Shown: positions 53,436-62,940 of the stretch, in pieces
Layout: every line of letters begins with the position of its first letter
Numbering within the stretch: the first letter of the stretch is position 1
Source: Bdellovibrionota bacterium
GTDB lineage: Bacteria; Bdellovibrionota; Bdellovibrionia; Bdellovibrionales; JAMPXM01
Reading direction: 5' to 3'
Assembly: GCA_963170185.1 (NCBI GenBank)
Contig: CAUJGS010000106.1
Coordinates: forward strand, 2,905-66,904
Length of the DNA: 64,000 nt
Notes under the pieces: model-generated
What the model was told of the DNA's origin: nothing
Database searches by the model: none
What the model saw: only the letters and a program-made list of their open reading frames with translations
Position numbers and translations under genes: made by a program

Positions 53436-54641
53436 ATGCTGAACTCTCGAAAAACCAAATCTATTTTTCTCGCGCTCGCAGTCTCACTTTTGGCCGCAAC
53501 CACATTGCACGGCTGCCAATCCAAAACGGTGACCCCGTCCGCCGCACCACCTACCACCGCAGAGGCAGCGCTGGAAACCGGCAAAGCACCCGACAGCAAA
53601 CCTTTGGTTGAAGTGAAGCTCGATGGACAGGTGTTCACGCTCGGCGGCCAAACCGCCGTGGCTAAACTGATCGCGACTGGGGGCGAAAGCCGTCGGCCGC
53701 TTGCTGTCAGCTCGACAGAAATCTATTTTTCGGGACGCCGCCCAGGTCTCGAACGCTGGCAGGTTTTTAGCGGTGGACTAGCGGAAAATATCGAACGTCG
53801 CATCTCCTATGATGCCGGCGAAGTGGAACCGGTGGCTGTTTTGCGACAAGGCGCGGACCATCGACTCGTGATTTCCAGCACCTCGCGAGCCACACGCGAA
53901 ACAAATCGCCTGCTCTCCGAATATCAACTTCGGTACTCGGCAAAAAGCCCCGCAGACACAGGCCTAGCGGCGAGCGAACTCAAACAAGAGCTTTTTTTGG
54001 AAGTGCCGGCCGTCGGCAAACGCGGAACTCAGTGGATCTCTATTCTCGGAGAATCCTCGCAGCGAAAACAGCTGAGTTTCGAACGCGAAGGCAAGATCGG
54101 AGTGCTGTTGGCGGGCGATCGCGCCTATCGCATGAACGTCTCCACCCGCCCACCAAATGCTCGCTCGAACTCTGTACCAGACCCTGTGATCAAGTGGACG
54201 GCCCTCAGCGTTCGTCGCCCAAGCGGCGTCATCGAAAACGAACTCACATCGGCCGCGATTTTTCCGGACGGCACAAAGATCGCGTGGTCCAACGGAACTC
54301 ACGCATGGACGACGGACCTCGATGGCAAAACGCCTGAGCGTCTCGGCGATGACACCATCGTCGTCCACGGCGACCTCACCTTCGAACCAACGGGTGCGTG
54401 GTTGATTTTCTCGACACCGACATCAACTCGAGGTCTCAACCTCATGGCGCTTCACCGCTCTGGTCGCTGCCCACGCGTTCTCACCGAGATCCCTGGCGAT
54501 GAGAGCGACCCGAGTCTTTCGCCCGATGGGAGGAGCTTGTTTTTTACGCAAACGCAGGGCGGAGTAGCCAACGTCGCTCGTTTAAACTTTGTCAGTTCCG
54601 AGCGAGAATTGACTGAGACTGCAAGCAGTTGCGGAATCTGA
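53436..54641 (+). CDS. TolB-like beta-propeller lipoprotein
   Basis: It has the lipobox TLHGCQS and PD40-like repeats, for example DESDPSLSPDGRSLFFTQ and IFPDGTKIAWSNG. Confidence 0.55.
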   Translation: MLNSRKTKSIFLALAVSLLAATTLHGCQSKTVTPSAAPPTTAEAALETGKAPDSKPLVEVKLDGQVFTLGGQTAVAKLIATGGESRRPLAVSSTEIYFSGRRPGLERWQVFSGGLAENIERRISYDAGEVEPVAVLRQGADHRLVISSTSRATRETNRLLSEYQLRYSAKSPADTGLAASELKQELFLEVPAVGKRGTQWISILGESSQRKQLSFEREGKIGVLLAGDRAYRMNVSTRPPNARSNSVPDPVIKWTALSVRRPSGVIENELTSAAIFPDGTKIAWSNGTHAWTTDLDGKTPERLGDDTIVVHGDLTFEPTGAWLIFSTPTSTRGLNLMALHRSGRCPRVLTEIPGDESDPSLSPDGRSLFFTQTQGGVANVARLNFVSSERELTETASSCGI

Positions 54642-54731
54642 TTGCGGAACGGAGAAACTCGCTTTTAAGATAGTTTAAGAATTCGTGCGGGAACAGATCG
54701 TGCGACTACGTAAGCATGGAGGCTTGACGTT

Positions 54732-55331
54732 ATGACACATTCCATCAGATTTGCTGGAACTACGACGATCGTTGCGGCTGTCGCCGCAGCGACCGCCGCT
54801 GCTCTCATTCATTTTTTCGCATTCTTCTTGGCACCGGCCGCAGAAGCCTCCCCGCACCCCGCAGCCGCGAGCTCACGCATGATCTCTCCACGCCTCGGGT
54901 TCTATCGCTCTCCAGATGGATTCAAAATTCACGCTGGTGACTCCGGCTGGTTACAAACAGCTCCGCCCCGTGGCAACCAAACCATTCTCACCGTTTACCG
55001 CAGCCCACAGACCGATTCAAAAGCCTCACTCACGGTGCGAGTCGACCGCCTCACAAAGGGTTCAACAGCGGACCGCTACATCAGCCGCTGGATCAAAGAA
55101 TATCCACGTTTTGGTTTCGACGTTTTGGGCTCCCAGCCCTTTTCGCAAGCTGGCTCGCGCGGCCACGTGATCGATCTTATGAATCGCGACTCCAAAATGC
55201 AGCTTCGCCAAGTCGTGTTCGTCAATGAAGGCCGCAGGCGAGCCGCAATCCTTACGTGTCGCGACAACGCGACCGACTTCTCGGCAACGCTGAAGTCGTG
55301 CAATTCGATCGTCAAAACCTTTCAGTGGTAG
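54732..55331 (+). CDS. secreted or membrane-anchored hypothetical protein
   Basis: 199-aa ORF with GGAGG 10 nt upstream of the ATG. It has a hydrophobic N-terminus and is followed by a terminator. Confidence 0.5.
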   Translation: MTHSIRFAGTTTIVAAVAAATAAALIHFFAFFLAPAAEASPHPAAASSRMISPRLGFYRSPDGFKIHAGDSGWLQTAPPRGNQTILTVYRSPQTDSKASLTVRVDRLTKGSTADRYISRWIKEYPRFGFDVLGSQPFSQAGSRGHVIDLMNRDSKMQLRQVVFVNEGRRRAAILTCRDNATDFSATLKSCNSIVKTFQW

Positions 55332-55368
55332 AGCGATAATTGCGTCGCTACGGCCTCCGACCTATGCC

Positions 55369-55401
55369 GCTTTCCAAGCGGGAGCGTGGAAAGATTCTTT
55401 T
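55369..55401 (+). terminator. rho-independent terminator
   Basis: CTTTCCA-agcgggagcg-TGGAAAG, followed by ATTCTTTTT. Confidence 0.6.
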
Positions 55402-55483
55402 TAGCAATTTGTAAGTCTAGTTCAGTTTACATGATTGGGGCTTTTGGTTAACCGCATCCCGCTACGCCGGTTATTCTAGCCAA

Positions 55484-56770
55484 ATGAAACGCGCCGACCT
55501 CAACCCCAAAGCGGGTCACGAAATCCGGATTTTTGGATTCACACTTACGACCCTTGTTCTAATTGCGCTCGGGCTAGGAATTGCGACAGGGCTTGTGATC
55601 AAGTCCTTTGTCACCTCAGAGGCCGTGTTTTCGTTTTTGGTCGACGGTGTTTTCCGTGTCGGAGGAGAAATCTTCTTCTCCTCGCTTAAGATGCTGGTTG
55701 TGCCCGTCGTATTCGTCTCCATCGTTTGCGGCGTCGGCTCACTTGAGGACGTAAAAAAGATGGGGAGAATCGGCGGCAAAGCGCTTGGGCTTTACACGCT
55801 CACCACGGCCGTCGCGATCTCCATCGCGCTTCTCATCTCCAACATCATCAACCCAGGCGCAGGCTTTCACCTTAAAACGCCCGAATCCTTTTCCCCCAAA
55901 GAACCACCCGGCTTCGCCGAAGTCTTAATCGGGTTCGTTCCAGCCAATCCGTTCAAAGCCATGGCTGACGCCGACATGATTCAAATCATCATCCTCGCCA
56001 TCTTGTTCGGGGTCGCGATGTCGATGGCCAAAGCTTCGGGCAAGCGAGTTTTATCCATCTTCAACGATCTCAACGAAGTGATCATGAAACTCGTCATGAT
56101 CGTCATGTGTATCGCACCTGTCGGGGTTTTTTGTCTGCTCGGCGGCGTGTTTGCCAAACAGGGCTTCGAAGCGATCGCGCCACTTTCCAAATATTTCGGC
56201 ACAGTCATGATCGTGCTGGTGCTTCATTTCGGCATCACTTACCTCGGCCTGCTCAAGTTTGTCGCAAGACTGAGCCCCGTTGTCTTTTTTAAGAAGTTCC
56301 AAGAGGTCATGGTTTTCGCGTTTTCCACCTCGTCAAGCAACGCGACTCTACCAGCCAATATGGAAGTCTCCGAACACCAGCTTGGCGTCGACAACTCTGT
56401 CGCCTCGTTCACGCTGCCACTTGGTGCGACCATCAACATGGATGGAACCGCTATCATGCAAGGTGTGGCGACCGTCTTCATCGCGCAGGCCTACGGCCTA
56501 GACATAGGAATTCAAGGCTACCTCATGGTGATCCTGACCGCCGTTCTTGCCTCCATCGGCACAGCCGGGGTTCCCGGTGTCGGACTCGTCACACTCGCTA
56601 TGGTGCTAAAGCAGGTCAATCTACCCGTGGAAGGCATCGGACTCATCATCGGTGTTGATCGCCTACTCGACATGTCCCGAACAGTCGTCAACGTGAGCGG
56701 AGACGCGGTCGTTACCTGCGTCGTTGCAAAAAGCGAAGGTCTCTTAGACGAAAAAGCCTTCAACGCTTAA
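55484..56770 (+). CDS. dicarboxylate/amino acid:cation symporter (DAACS family)
   Basis: It is multi-TM. SSSNATLP, GATINMDGTAIMQGVATVFIAQ and AGVPGVGLVTLAMVL are typical of the GltP/DctA family. Confidence 0.88.
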   Translation: MKRADLNPKAGHEIRIFGFTLTTLVLIALGLGIATGLVIKSFVTSEAVFSFLVDGVFRVGGEIFFSSLKMLVVPVVFVSIVCGVGSLEDVKKMGRIGGKALGLYTLTTAVAISIALLISNIINPGAGFHLKTPESFSPKEPPGFAEVLIGFVPANPFKAMADADMIQIIILAILFGVAMSMAKASGKRVLSIFNDLNEVIMKLVMIVMCIAPVGVFCLLGGVFAKQGFEAIAPLSKYFGTVMIVLVLHFGITYLGLLKFVARLSPVVFFKKFQEVMVFAFSTSSSNATLPANMEVSEHQLGVDNSVASFTLPLGATINMDGTAIMQGVATVFIAQAYGLDIGIQGYLMVILTAVLASIGTAGVPGVGLVTLAMVLKQVNLPVEGIGLIIGVDRLLDMSRTVVNVSGDAVVTCVVAKSEGLLDEKAFNA

Positions 56771-56772
56771 TA

Positions 56773-56815
56773 GGTACCGCCTTGTTTTTTGATTTGCGCC
56801 GCGGCAAGCGGCGCA
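56773..56815 (+). repeat. stop-codon-adjacent repeat, copy B
   Basis: GGTACCGCCTTGTTTTTTGATTTGCGCCGCGGCAAGCGGCGCA begins 2 nt after the symporter TAA. It matches copy A at 41 of 43 positions. It contains an inner hairpin, GCGCCGC-ggcaa-GCGGCGC. Confidence 0.8.
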
Positions 56816-56982
56816 CGTGTGTGTCAGTGACAATCTCAACGGCGCGAAGCGAAGTTTTTACCTGACCCACGCCTCTTTTGCGCTCCCAAATCAAAGGAGC
56901 GCGGTCTACCACTGATGTGCTCCAAGGCCCTGCCTTTGCTTTATATCGCACCGAAATTATCGAATTGATGAAAGGTGTCGAT

Positions 56983-57633
56983 ATGGCAACCCGTACTCTC
57001 GCACGACTTTTTTTGGGTCTTGGCGTTCTTGTTTCCGCTCATTCACAGGCTTTCGCCCAATCCGGAAATTCGGAGGGCGAACCAAAACTATGCGATTTTG
57101 CCCGTGTGCAAGCCGAAGGGAAGATCGATGCTTTTTCTTTGAAGCATCCGGATGTTCGCGCACGTCTGGCTGCAATCGACTGGGTACGCTACAACCATGT
57201 CGCCAATATGTCCGTTAAAGGCATCAAAGAAATGGGACGCACGAACCAAACAGATCGCTCGACGCTTATGCTTGGCGGACTGATTTTGATGGCCAACCTT
57301 GAAGGACAAAGCAAACGGCTCCACCTGCACTCTTGCTTCAACAAAGCGTTTGAGTCGGACGAAGTCTATTCGCAGCACTTTAAAGGAAGCAATCTCTCTA
57401 GAAGCGCATCGGATGCCGAGATTCTTTACGCGATCATCGAGCCCAAAGACAAATATGTGCCGATTTTCATCGTAACACCTTCGACGTCGTTCAATTACGA
57501 CCAGCGCTCGGGTGAGTTGACGACGTTTGATAACGAAAAAGAATCGTACGTTCCCGTCGATCCACGCTCACGTCGTTGGGTCGACTACATCCTGCAAGAG
57601 CACTTTGAGAAACTGAAAGGAAAAAAACCATGA
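56983..57633 (+). CDS. secreted hypothetical protein
   Basis: It has the signal peptide MATRTLARLFLGLGVLVSAHSQAFAQ. I recognise no family. Confidence 0.5.
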   Translation: MATRTLARLFLGLGVLVSAHSQAFAQSGNSEGEPKLCDFARVQAEGKIDAFSLKHPDVRARLAAIDWVRYNHVANMSVKGIKEMGRTNQTDRSTLMLGGLILMANLEGQSKRLHLHSCFNKAFESDEVYSQHFKGSNLSRSASDAEILYAIIEPKDKYVPIFIVTPSTSFNYDQRSGELTTFDNEKESYVPVDPRSRRWVDYILQEHFEKLKGKKP

Positions 57634-58112
57634 GACAAGCCACCACGGCTCTGCTTACGACAATTGCTGTTCTCGGTCTTGCGACACAAGTACAAGCTCA
57701 AGTACAAGCTCAAGACCAAACTCCGTCGCAGGCACCACGCTACGAAGTCATCGAGCAATCCGGCATTAAAACTCTTTTGCTTCCCGTGGAGCTTTCGAGT
57801 TCACTGATGAAAACTTTAAAAAATACGCCAGACGAGGCGTCAAAGATCACGCTGGTCAGCACGCTTCTCACGGTTGAGGTCACGCCTCGCACCGATGGCA
57901 GCGCGACCTTTTGTACAGAAGCCGGTCCCGTCTACAAGTCGATCAATCGCAACGAAGCCGAGATGACGGCCCATTGCGAAGACGTCTTTAAACGCACTGG
58001 TTTCGCGCGCGATCTCGTAAAAGGTGTCGACGACGAGTACCTCAGCACGCTGACGGAACCGGAGTTCCGCCTCGTGATGTCGCAATTCATCAGCATCATG
58101 CTGAAAATGTAG
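57630..58112 (+). CDS. secreted hypothetical protein
   Basis: Its start overlaps the upstream stop (ATGA). It has the signal peptide ..LLTTIAVLGLATQVQAQVQAQ. Confidence 0.5.
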   Translation: MRQATTALLTTIAVLGLATQVQAQVQAQDQTPSQAPRYEVIEQSGIKTLLLPVELSSSLMKTLKNTPDEASKITLVSTLLTVEVTPRTDGSATFCTEAGPVYKSINRNEAEMTAHCEDVFKRTGFARDLVKGVDDEYLSTLTEPEFRLVMSQFISIMLKM

Positions 58113-58148
58113 TTGTTAGATCAGTTGCCGCTAATCGATTGCCGCTAA

Positions 58149-59963
58149 TCAGTTACCAAAAAGGCGCTTGAAGAAGCCGGTGACTTTCTGGCCAATCGAA
58201 GCCTGTTTTCCAACTGGCTGCGGACGGCTTCCACCTTTGTTTTTTCCGTCGTGACCACGGTTCGGGTGTTTGCCCGAGCCGTTTTTATTTCGGCCGCCGC
58301 CATTATGGCGATCTTGATGACGGTCACCGCGTTTCCCGCCGCCATGCTGTGCGCGTGCCGGCATCGGAGCGTTTGGATCACGCGGCTGAATTGGTCCGCG
58401 TCCGCTTGGTTGTGGACGTGGCTTTTCACCCTGGCGAGAGTCTGGCCCACGACCATCTGGGCCGCGGCCTTCCGCACGTTGGTCACGGCGACCTCCACGT
58501 TCTCCACCACGATCGCGCCGCTCTCCACCACGTCCGCCGCCATCACGGCCACCATCTCGACGGCCTCCGCCGGGGCCACCCGAACGACGTCCGCCCGGTC
58601 CACCACGACCGCCACCTGCCGAGTCGCGAGGACCACGACCTTCGAACTCGCGCGAGAAATCTTTTTGCGAGCGATCGGACTGCATGGCTTTGAATTCCTT
58701 CGGAAGGTTTGCTTCCTCAACAAAGTCTGTAGCTACTTTGTGCTTAAGATAACCTTCAACGCGTGAAAGCGCATCGACATCGCGGTCGCTGACAAGCGAG
58801 AACGCGATCCCTTTTGCACCCGCGCGGCCTGTACGGCCAATGCGGTGAACGTAGTTTTCCGGATCATCTGGAAGTTCGAAGTTGATGACCATATCGACAC
58901 CCTTGATGTCGAGACCACGAGCCGCGACATCCGTCGCGACAAGAATGTTTTTATCGCTATCGCCTTTGAACTGCTCCATCACGCGATTGCGCTGTGACTG
59001 CGTGAGCAGCGACGAAATCGCAACTGCCGGGAAACCGTTGTCGTTTAGGAACTGAGAAATACGCGGCACGTTCATTTTGAAGTTCGAGAAAATGATCGCC
59101 TGACGTGGGCTATGCAGTTTCAAAAGTGCAAGTAAGTGTGCGCCTTTTTCTTCTTGGCCCACGTGCAAGATCTTGTCTTCGACGTTTTCCGCTTTTGCTT
59201 GATCGCGCGAAACGTTGAACTCAACCGGGTTTGCACCAAACTGATAAGCCGTGTTGAGAACATCGAGGTTCAATGTCGCCGAGAACACCAGAAACTGACG
59301 TTCTTTCGGAACACGCGTGAGGATGTACTTCATGTCGTCTTTGAAGCCCATGTCGAACATGCGATCCGCTTCGTCGAACACGATGGCGCGAACCTGCTTC
59401 ATATCAACAAGGTTCTCTTTGTAGAGATCGATCAAGCGACCAGGTGTCGCGATGACGAACTCAACGCCGCCGCGCAAGGCGTCTTTTTGTTTGTCGTAAG
59501 AAACACCGCCGTAGATCGAGACCGCCCGAAGGCCCGAGTCGGAACCAAACTTCACGGCGTTTTCGTAAACCTGCTCTGCAAGTTCACGTGTCGGCACCAA
59601 AACCAGAATGAAATTCATCGGCGCCCAGTCAGGAAACGCACGAGCCGTAAGCGTTTCGCGATTGTCGGCTGTCGCTCCGTCAAGAGCCGGATCGGCGGCA
59701 GGAACCGTTTCACCCGAGCGCTTTGCATCTTGCGCGCGCAAGATACGCTCCATCAGAGGAAGCAAGAACGCGGCAGTTTTGCCGGTTCCTGTCTGCGCTA
59801 AGCCCGCGACGTCTTTAGCGTCGAGAATAGCCGGGATTGTGTGTTCTTGAACCGGGGTGCACTCTTGAAAACCAATTCGATCGAGAGTGGCTTGTAGAGA
59901 GGGATGGAAATGGACGTCTGAAAACTTCACTGCGGACTCCGCTGATAGATGGATGAGCGTCAT
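58149..59963 (-). CDS. DEAD-box ATP-dependent RNA helicase with a ~190-aa Arg/Gly-rich C-terminal tail
   Basis: A Q-motif region (FSDVHFHPSL..TPVQ), AQTGTGKT, VFDEADRM, SAT and YVHRIGRTGRAG are present. The tail reads GGGRGGPGGRRSGGPGGGRRDGGRDGGGRGGERRDRGGERGGRRD... The start is taken at MTLIHL (59963). Confidence 0.9.
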   Translation of the reverse strand: MTLIHLSAESAVKFSDVHFHPSLQATLDRIGFQECTPVQEHTIPAILDAKDVAGLAQTGTGKTAAFLLPLMERILRAQDAKRSGETVPAADPALDGATADNRETLTARAFPDWAPMNFILVLVPTRELAEQVYENAVKFGSDSGLRAVSIYGGVSYDKQKDALRGGVEFVIATPGRLIDLYKENLVDMKQVRAIVFDEADRMFDMGFKDDMKYILTRVPKERQFLVFSATLNLDVLNTAYQFGANPVEFNVSRDQAKAENVEDKILHVGQEEKGAHLLALLKLHSPRQAIIFSNFKMNVPRISQFLNDNGFPAVAISSLLTQSQRNRVMEQFKGDSDKNILVATDVAARGLDIKGVDMVINFELPDDPENYVHRIGRTGRAGAKGIAFSLVSDRDVDALSRVEGYLKHKVATDFVEEANLPKEFKAMQSDRSQKDFSREFEGRGPRDSAGGGRGGPGGRRSGGPGGGRRDGGRDGGGRGGERRDRGGERGGRRDQRAEGRGPDGRGPDSRQGEKPRPQPSGRGPIQPRDPNAPMPARAQHGGGKRGDRHQDRHNGGGRNKNGSGKHPNRGHDGKNKGGSRPQPVGKQASIGQKVTGFFKRLFGN

Positions 59964-60220
59964 CCTGCTGATTGGCGACTCGCATGAGTTGAGTGATCGA
60001 TTCAGAAGACATCGGTCTCCGCGGTCGAGCCATCTGTTGGGCAACCGTTGAATCGAGCGATTCGCTGCAGGGGTTAGTTAGAGTCGACATCTTAAAATTT
60101 TTGATATTTGTTCTGTCGGACAGGAAACCGTGACGCTAAATGTTAAACACTGGAATAAACTCTCGAGAAACCTAACGGAGACCGACCCTGTAAGTCAAAA
60201 CTCTGCTCTTGATCTGCTTA

Positions 60221-61063
60221 TTATTGCGACGCGTCTACAGCCAGGAACTTCTCCAAAGCCGCAGTGAATGCCTCGAAAGCCTCACTGTGGACCCAATGTC
60301 CAACGCCCGGAATCTCGACTCCCTCGATAAGAGGGTTTTCACGAAGCATCCGATCATAGACGTCGCGAGTCAGATCCTTTGAGCGGCCACCTCGAATGAC
60401 AAGTGTTGGGACCTTCAGGGAACGAATCTCGTCCCAACGCTCGCGCTCGCGGCCCGAAACCACGGCACCGCGAATGCCGGCTTCGTCAAAGCGCCAAACG
60501 GCGCGGCCATCCTCGGTTTCCATGATGTTCGCATAGAGCCACGCCGCTAAGGCGACGGCGTTCGACATATCGGAAAACGCCTTGGGAAATTCGAGATCAA
60601 ACCACTCTTTTGCCTCGCGCTTTGAGGCAAACGGCACCGGCACATTTTCGATCACTCGCATCGCGGTCGATGCCGAGCTGAGGCTCATGTCGGGGCCGAT
60701 ATCGACAATGACGAGTTTTTCGACATACTCGGGGTACTTCGCCGCAAACGTGTAAACCACCCGGCCACCCATCGAATGCCCGACGAGAGCGACCTTTTTC
60801 CAACCGAGATCGTCGAGGATTCCCTTCAAGTCTTCGGCAAGTCCTTCGGGCGTGTAGGCGTCCGGATTGCTGATAAGATCAGCATGTGAAGAACGTCCAT
60901 GGCCTCGGCTGTCGTAGACAAGCACTTGGAAGCGATCTTCAAACTGCCTAGCCACGCGCCGCCAGTTGGCCGCATAGCCCATCACTCCGTGCAGGAATAC
61001 CAGCTTTGGAGCGTCTTCAGGGCCGGTGATTTGTGTGAAAAACTGGTCAACGAATCGACTCAT
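60221..61063 (-). CDS. alpha/beta hydrolase
   Basis: LVFLHGVMG and the nucleophile elbow VGHSMGG are present, with a C-terminal GHWVH. Confidence 0.8.
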   Translation of the reverse strand: MSRFVDQFFTQITGPEDAPKLVFLHGVMGYAANWRRVARQFEDRFQVLVYDSRGHGRSSHADLISNPDAYTPEGLAEDLKGILDDLGWKKVALVGHSMGGRVVYTFAAKYPEYVEKLVIVDIGPDMSLSSASTAMRVIENVPVPFASKREAKEWFDLEFPKAFSDMSNAVALAAWLYANIMETEDGRAVWRFDEAGIRGAVVSGRERERWDEIRSLKVPTLVIRGGRSKDLTRDVYDRMLRENPLIEGVEIPGVGHWVHSEAFEAFTAALEKFLAVDASQ

Positions 61064-61085
61064 GCGTGGCTATACTGCCGAAGTC

Positions 61086-62537
61086 ATGAACGACACGCAA
61101 CCTTCTGCACCCGCAGTCACGCCCAATCGCCCCAGTCTCCACCCCGAGTGGATCGACGGCCATGCGAGCGGCATCGTCAAAGCGCTACAGAAAGCCGGGC
61201 ACACCAGCTATCTGGTAGGCGGCTGCGTGCGCGATCTTCTTTTGGGCATCATCCCGAAAGACTTCGACATTGTGACCATGGCGCACCCACCGCAGGTGAA
61301 GCGTCTTATTCACATGGCGTTCATTATCGGAAAGCGCTTTCGCCTTGTGCTTGTCAAACGCGGCGACCAGCAGTTTGAAGTCGCGACATTCCGACGCGAG
61401 TTCGACCCGGCGGAGTTTCCGGTCGAAGAATATCCAGACGGCCCACCTTCGGCTGACAATATTTTTGGGACACCCGAGCAAGACGCCAAACGCCGCGATT
61501 TCACGATCAATGCGCTTTTCTACGACCCTCTCTCGCAAGAGATCATCGACTACGTCGGCGGCAAAAACGATATCGAGGCGCGCACGCTCCGCATGATTGG
61601 CGAGCCCGATCGCCGCTTGGCAGAAGACCCGATTCGCATTCTTCGCGCCATTCGGTTTGCGCACAAACTTCGTTTCGTGATCGAGCCCGGGCTTCGCGCG
61701 TCGATGACCCGACACGCAAGTGAACTGACGAAATCCGTTCTTCCTCGCCGTCGCGAAGAACTCTTGAAACTGCTTCGCCTGGACGACCCTTGCTCGGTCT
61801 TGGTCGAATGCCACGATCTCGGAGTTCTACGAGAAATCTTTCCCGCTCTAGAACAGATGTTCGCCAACGACGCAAACGATGCCGCCGGTATCGACCGTCA
61901 AGAGCGCTTTCTGCTTCGCCTTGAATCTTTGAAATCAACAGTTTTGGATTTTGCAAACACCGGCCAGGTCTTTGCGTGGCTGATAGCAAGCCTCGTCGAC
62001 ACCTTAGCCGAAGAAGGCACAACGCCGTCCGAAGAAGAGCTCAACAAACTGATGCGAGACGAACTGGGAATGTACAAGTTCGAACAGTCGCTGGTCATAG
62101 ACGCTCTCAAGCTTCGACGCGCGCTAGAAAAAACCGCGGACCACCGCCGCCGCGGAGAGCGTCGCCTCGCGGGAATCGTTCGCCGCGAGGGGTTTGCCTT
62201 GGCGCTTCGCTTGGCGGCCGCAGATCTTCTTTTAAACGGCTCTGACCTCTTGTTCTGGCAACAAACCGCCGAAAAACTTCGACCGGAAATCGAAGCCGCC
62301 CGGCGCGAGCGCGAAGATCGCTCAGGCGGTCGTCGAAGTCGCAATCGTCGTCGGCCCGGCACGAAACGCGGCGACGAGGACGGCGACGCCGAGGGATTGG
62401 CCGACGATCTGGACGTCGACGAGCCGCTTTCGGTTGCATCGGTTAGATCTGAAATCGAAACCAAGGCCGCTTTACCCGAAGCGTCTCAAATCGATGCAAG
62501 CACCGCATCTTCTGCATCGGATTCCTCAAGCCGATAA
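61086..62537 (+). CDS. pcnB: poly(A) polymerase / tRNA nucleotidyltransferase family (PcnB-like, Arg-rich tail)
   Basis: GHTSYLVGGCVRDLLLGIIPKDFDIVT, RRDFTINALFYD, and EDPIRILRAIRFAHKL are present. The C-terminus is RR-rich. The start could be 61062 or 61086. Confidence 0.75.
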   Translation: MNDTQPSAPAVTPNRPSLHPEWIDGHASGIVKALQKAGHTSYLVGGCVRDLLLGIIPKDFDIVTMAHPPQVKRLIHMAFIIGKRFRLVLVKRGDQQFEVATFRREFDPAEFPVEEYPDGPPSADNIFGTPEQDAKRRDFTINALFYDPLSQEIIDYVGGKNDIEARTLRMIGEPDRRLAEDPIRILRAIRFAHKLRFVIEPGLRASMTRHASELTKSVLPRRREELLKLLRLDDPCSVLVECHDLGVLREIFPALEQMFANDANDAAGIDRQERFLLRLESLKSTVLDFANTGQVFAWLIASLVDTLAEEGTTPSEEELNKLMRDELGMYKFEQSLVIDALKLRRALEKTADHRRRGERRLAGIVRREGFALALRLAAADLLLNGSDLLFWQQTAEKLRPEIEAARREREDRSGGRRSRNRRRPGTKRGDEDGDAEGLADDLDVDEPLSVASVRSEIETKAALPEASQIDASTASSASDSSSR

Positions 62538-62653
62538 CCGCTCGTTCCGAAAAGAGAATCGTAGGCTTGGCGTTCGTCGTGGCTTGGTGTAACACACCCT
62601 ATTGCCGTCGGCGGAATCGCTGGCAAGAACAACAAGCTAACTGGAGCGACCTC

Positions 62654-62878
62654 ATGGGAATCGGACCTTGGCACTTACTAGCATTGATTGTGATCGTCTT
62701 GATCTTCTTCGGACCATCTAAGTTACCGACTCTCGGTAAGTCGATGGGCGAAGCCATTCGTGGTTTCAAAAAAGGAATCGCTGGCGACGAGATCGACGTG
62801 ACGGAATCGGCGAAGCTGAAAGCCGGCACGGACGACTCGATGACCAAGCAATCGCAATCAGAAAGAGACAAAGCCTGA
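62654..62878 (+). CDS. tatA: twin-arginine translocase subunit TatA/E
   Basis: MGIGPWHLLALIVIVLIFFGPSKLPTLGKSMGEAIRGFKKG. The start is taken at the internal ATG at 62654, which has an upstream GGAG. Confidence 0.88.
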   Translation: MGIGPWHLLALIVIVLIFFGPSKLPTLGKSMGEAIRGFKKGIAGDEIDVTESAKLKAGTDDSMTKQSQSERDKA

Positions 62879-62940
62879 GCGTCACCGGACGTAATCGGCA
62901 GATCGAGTTCTGGATCGCGAAGATCTCAGATCTTCCGGCC

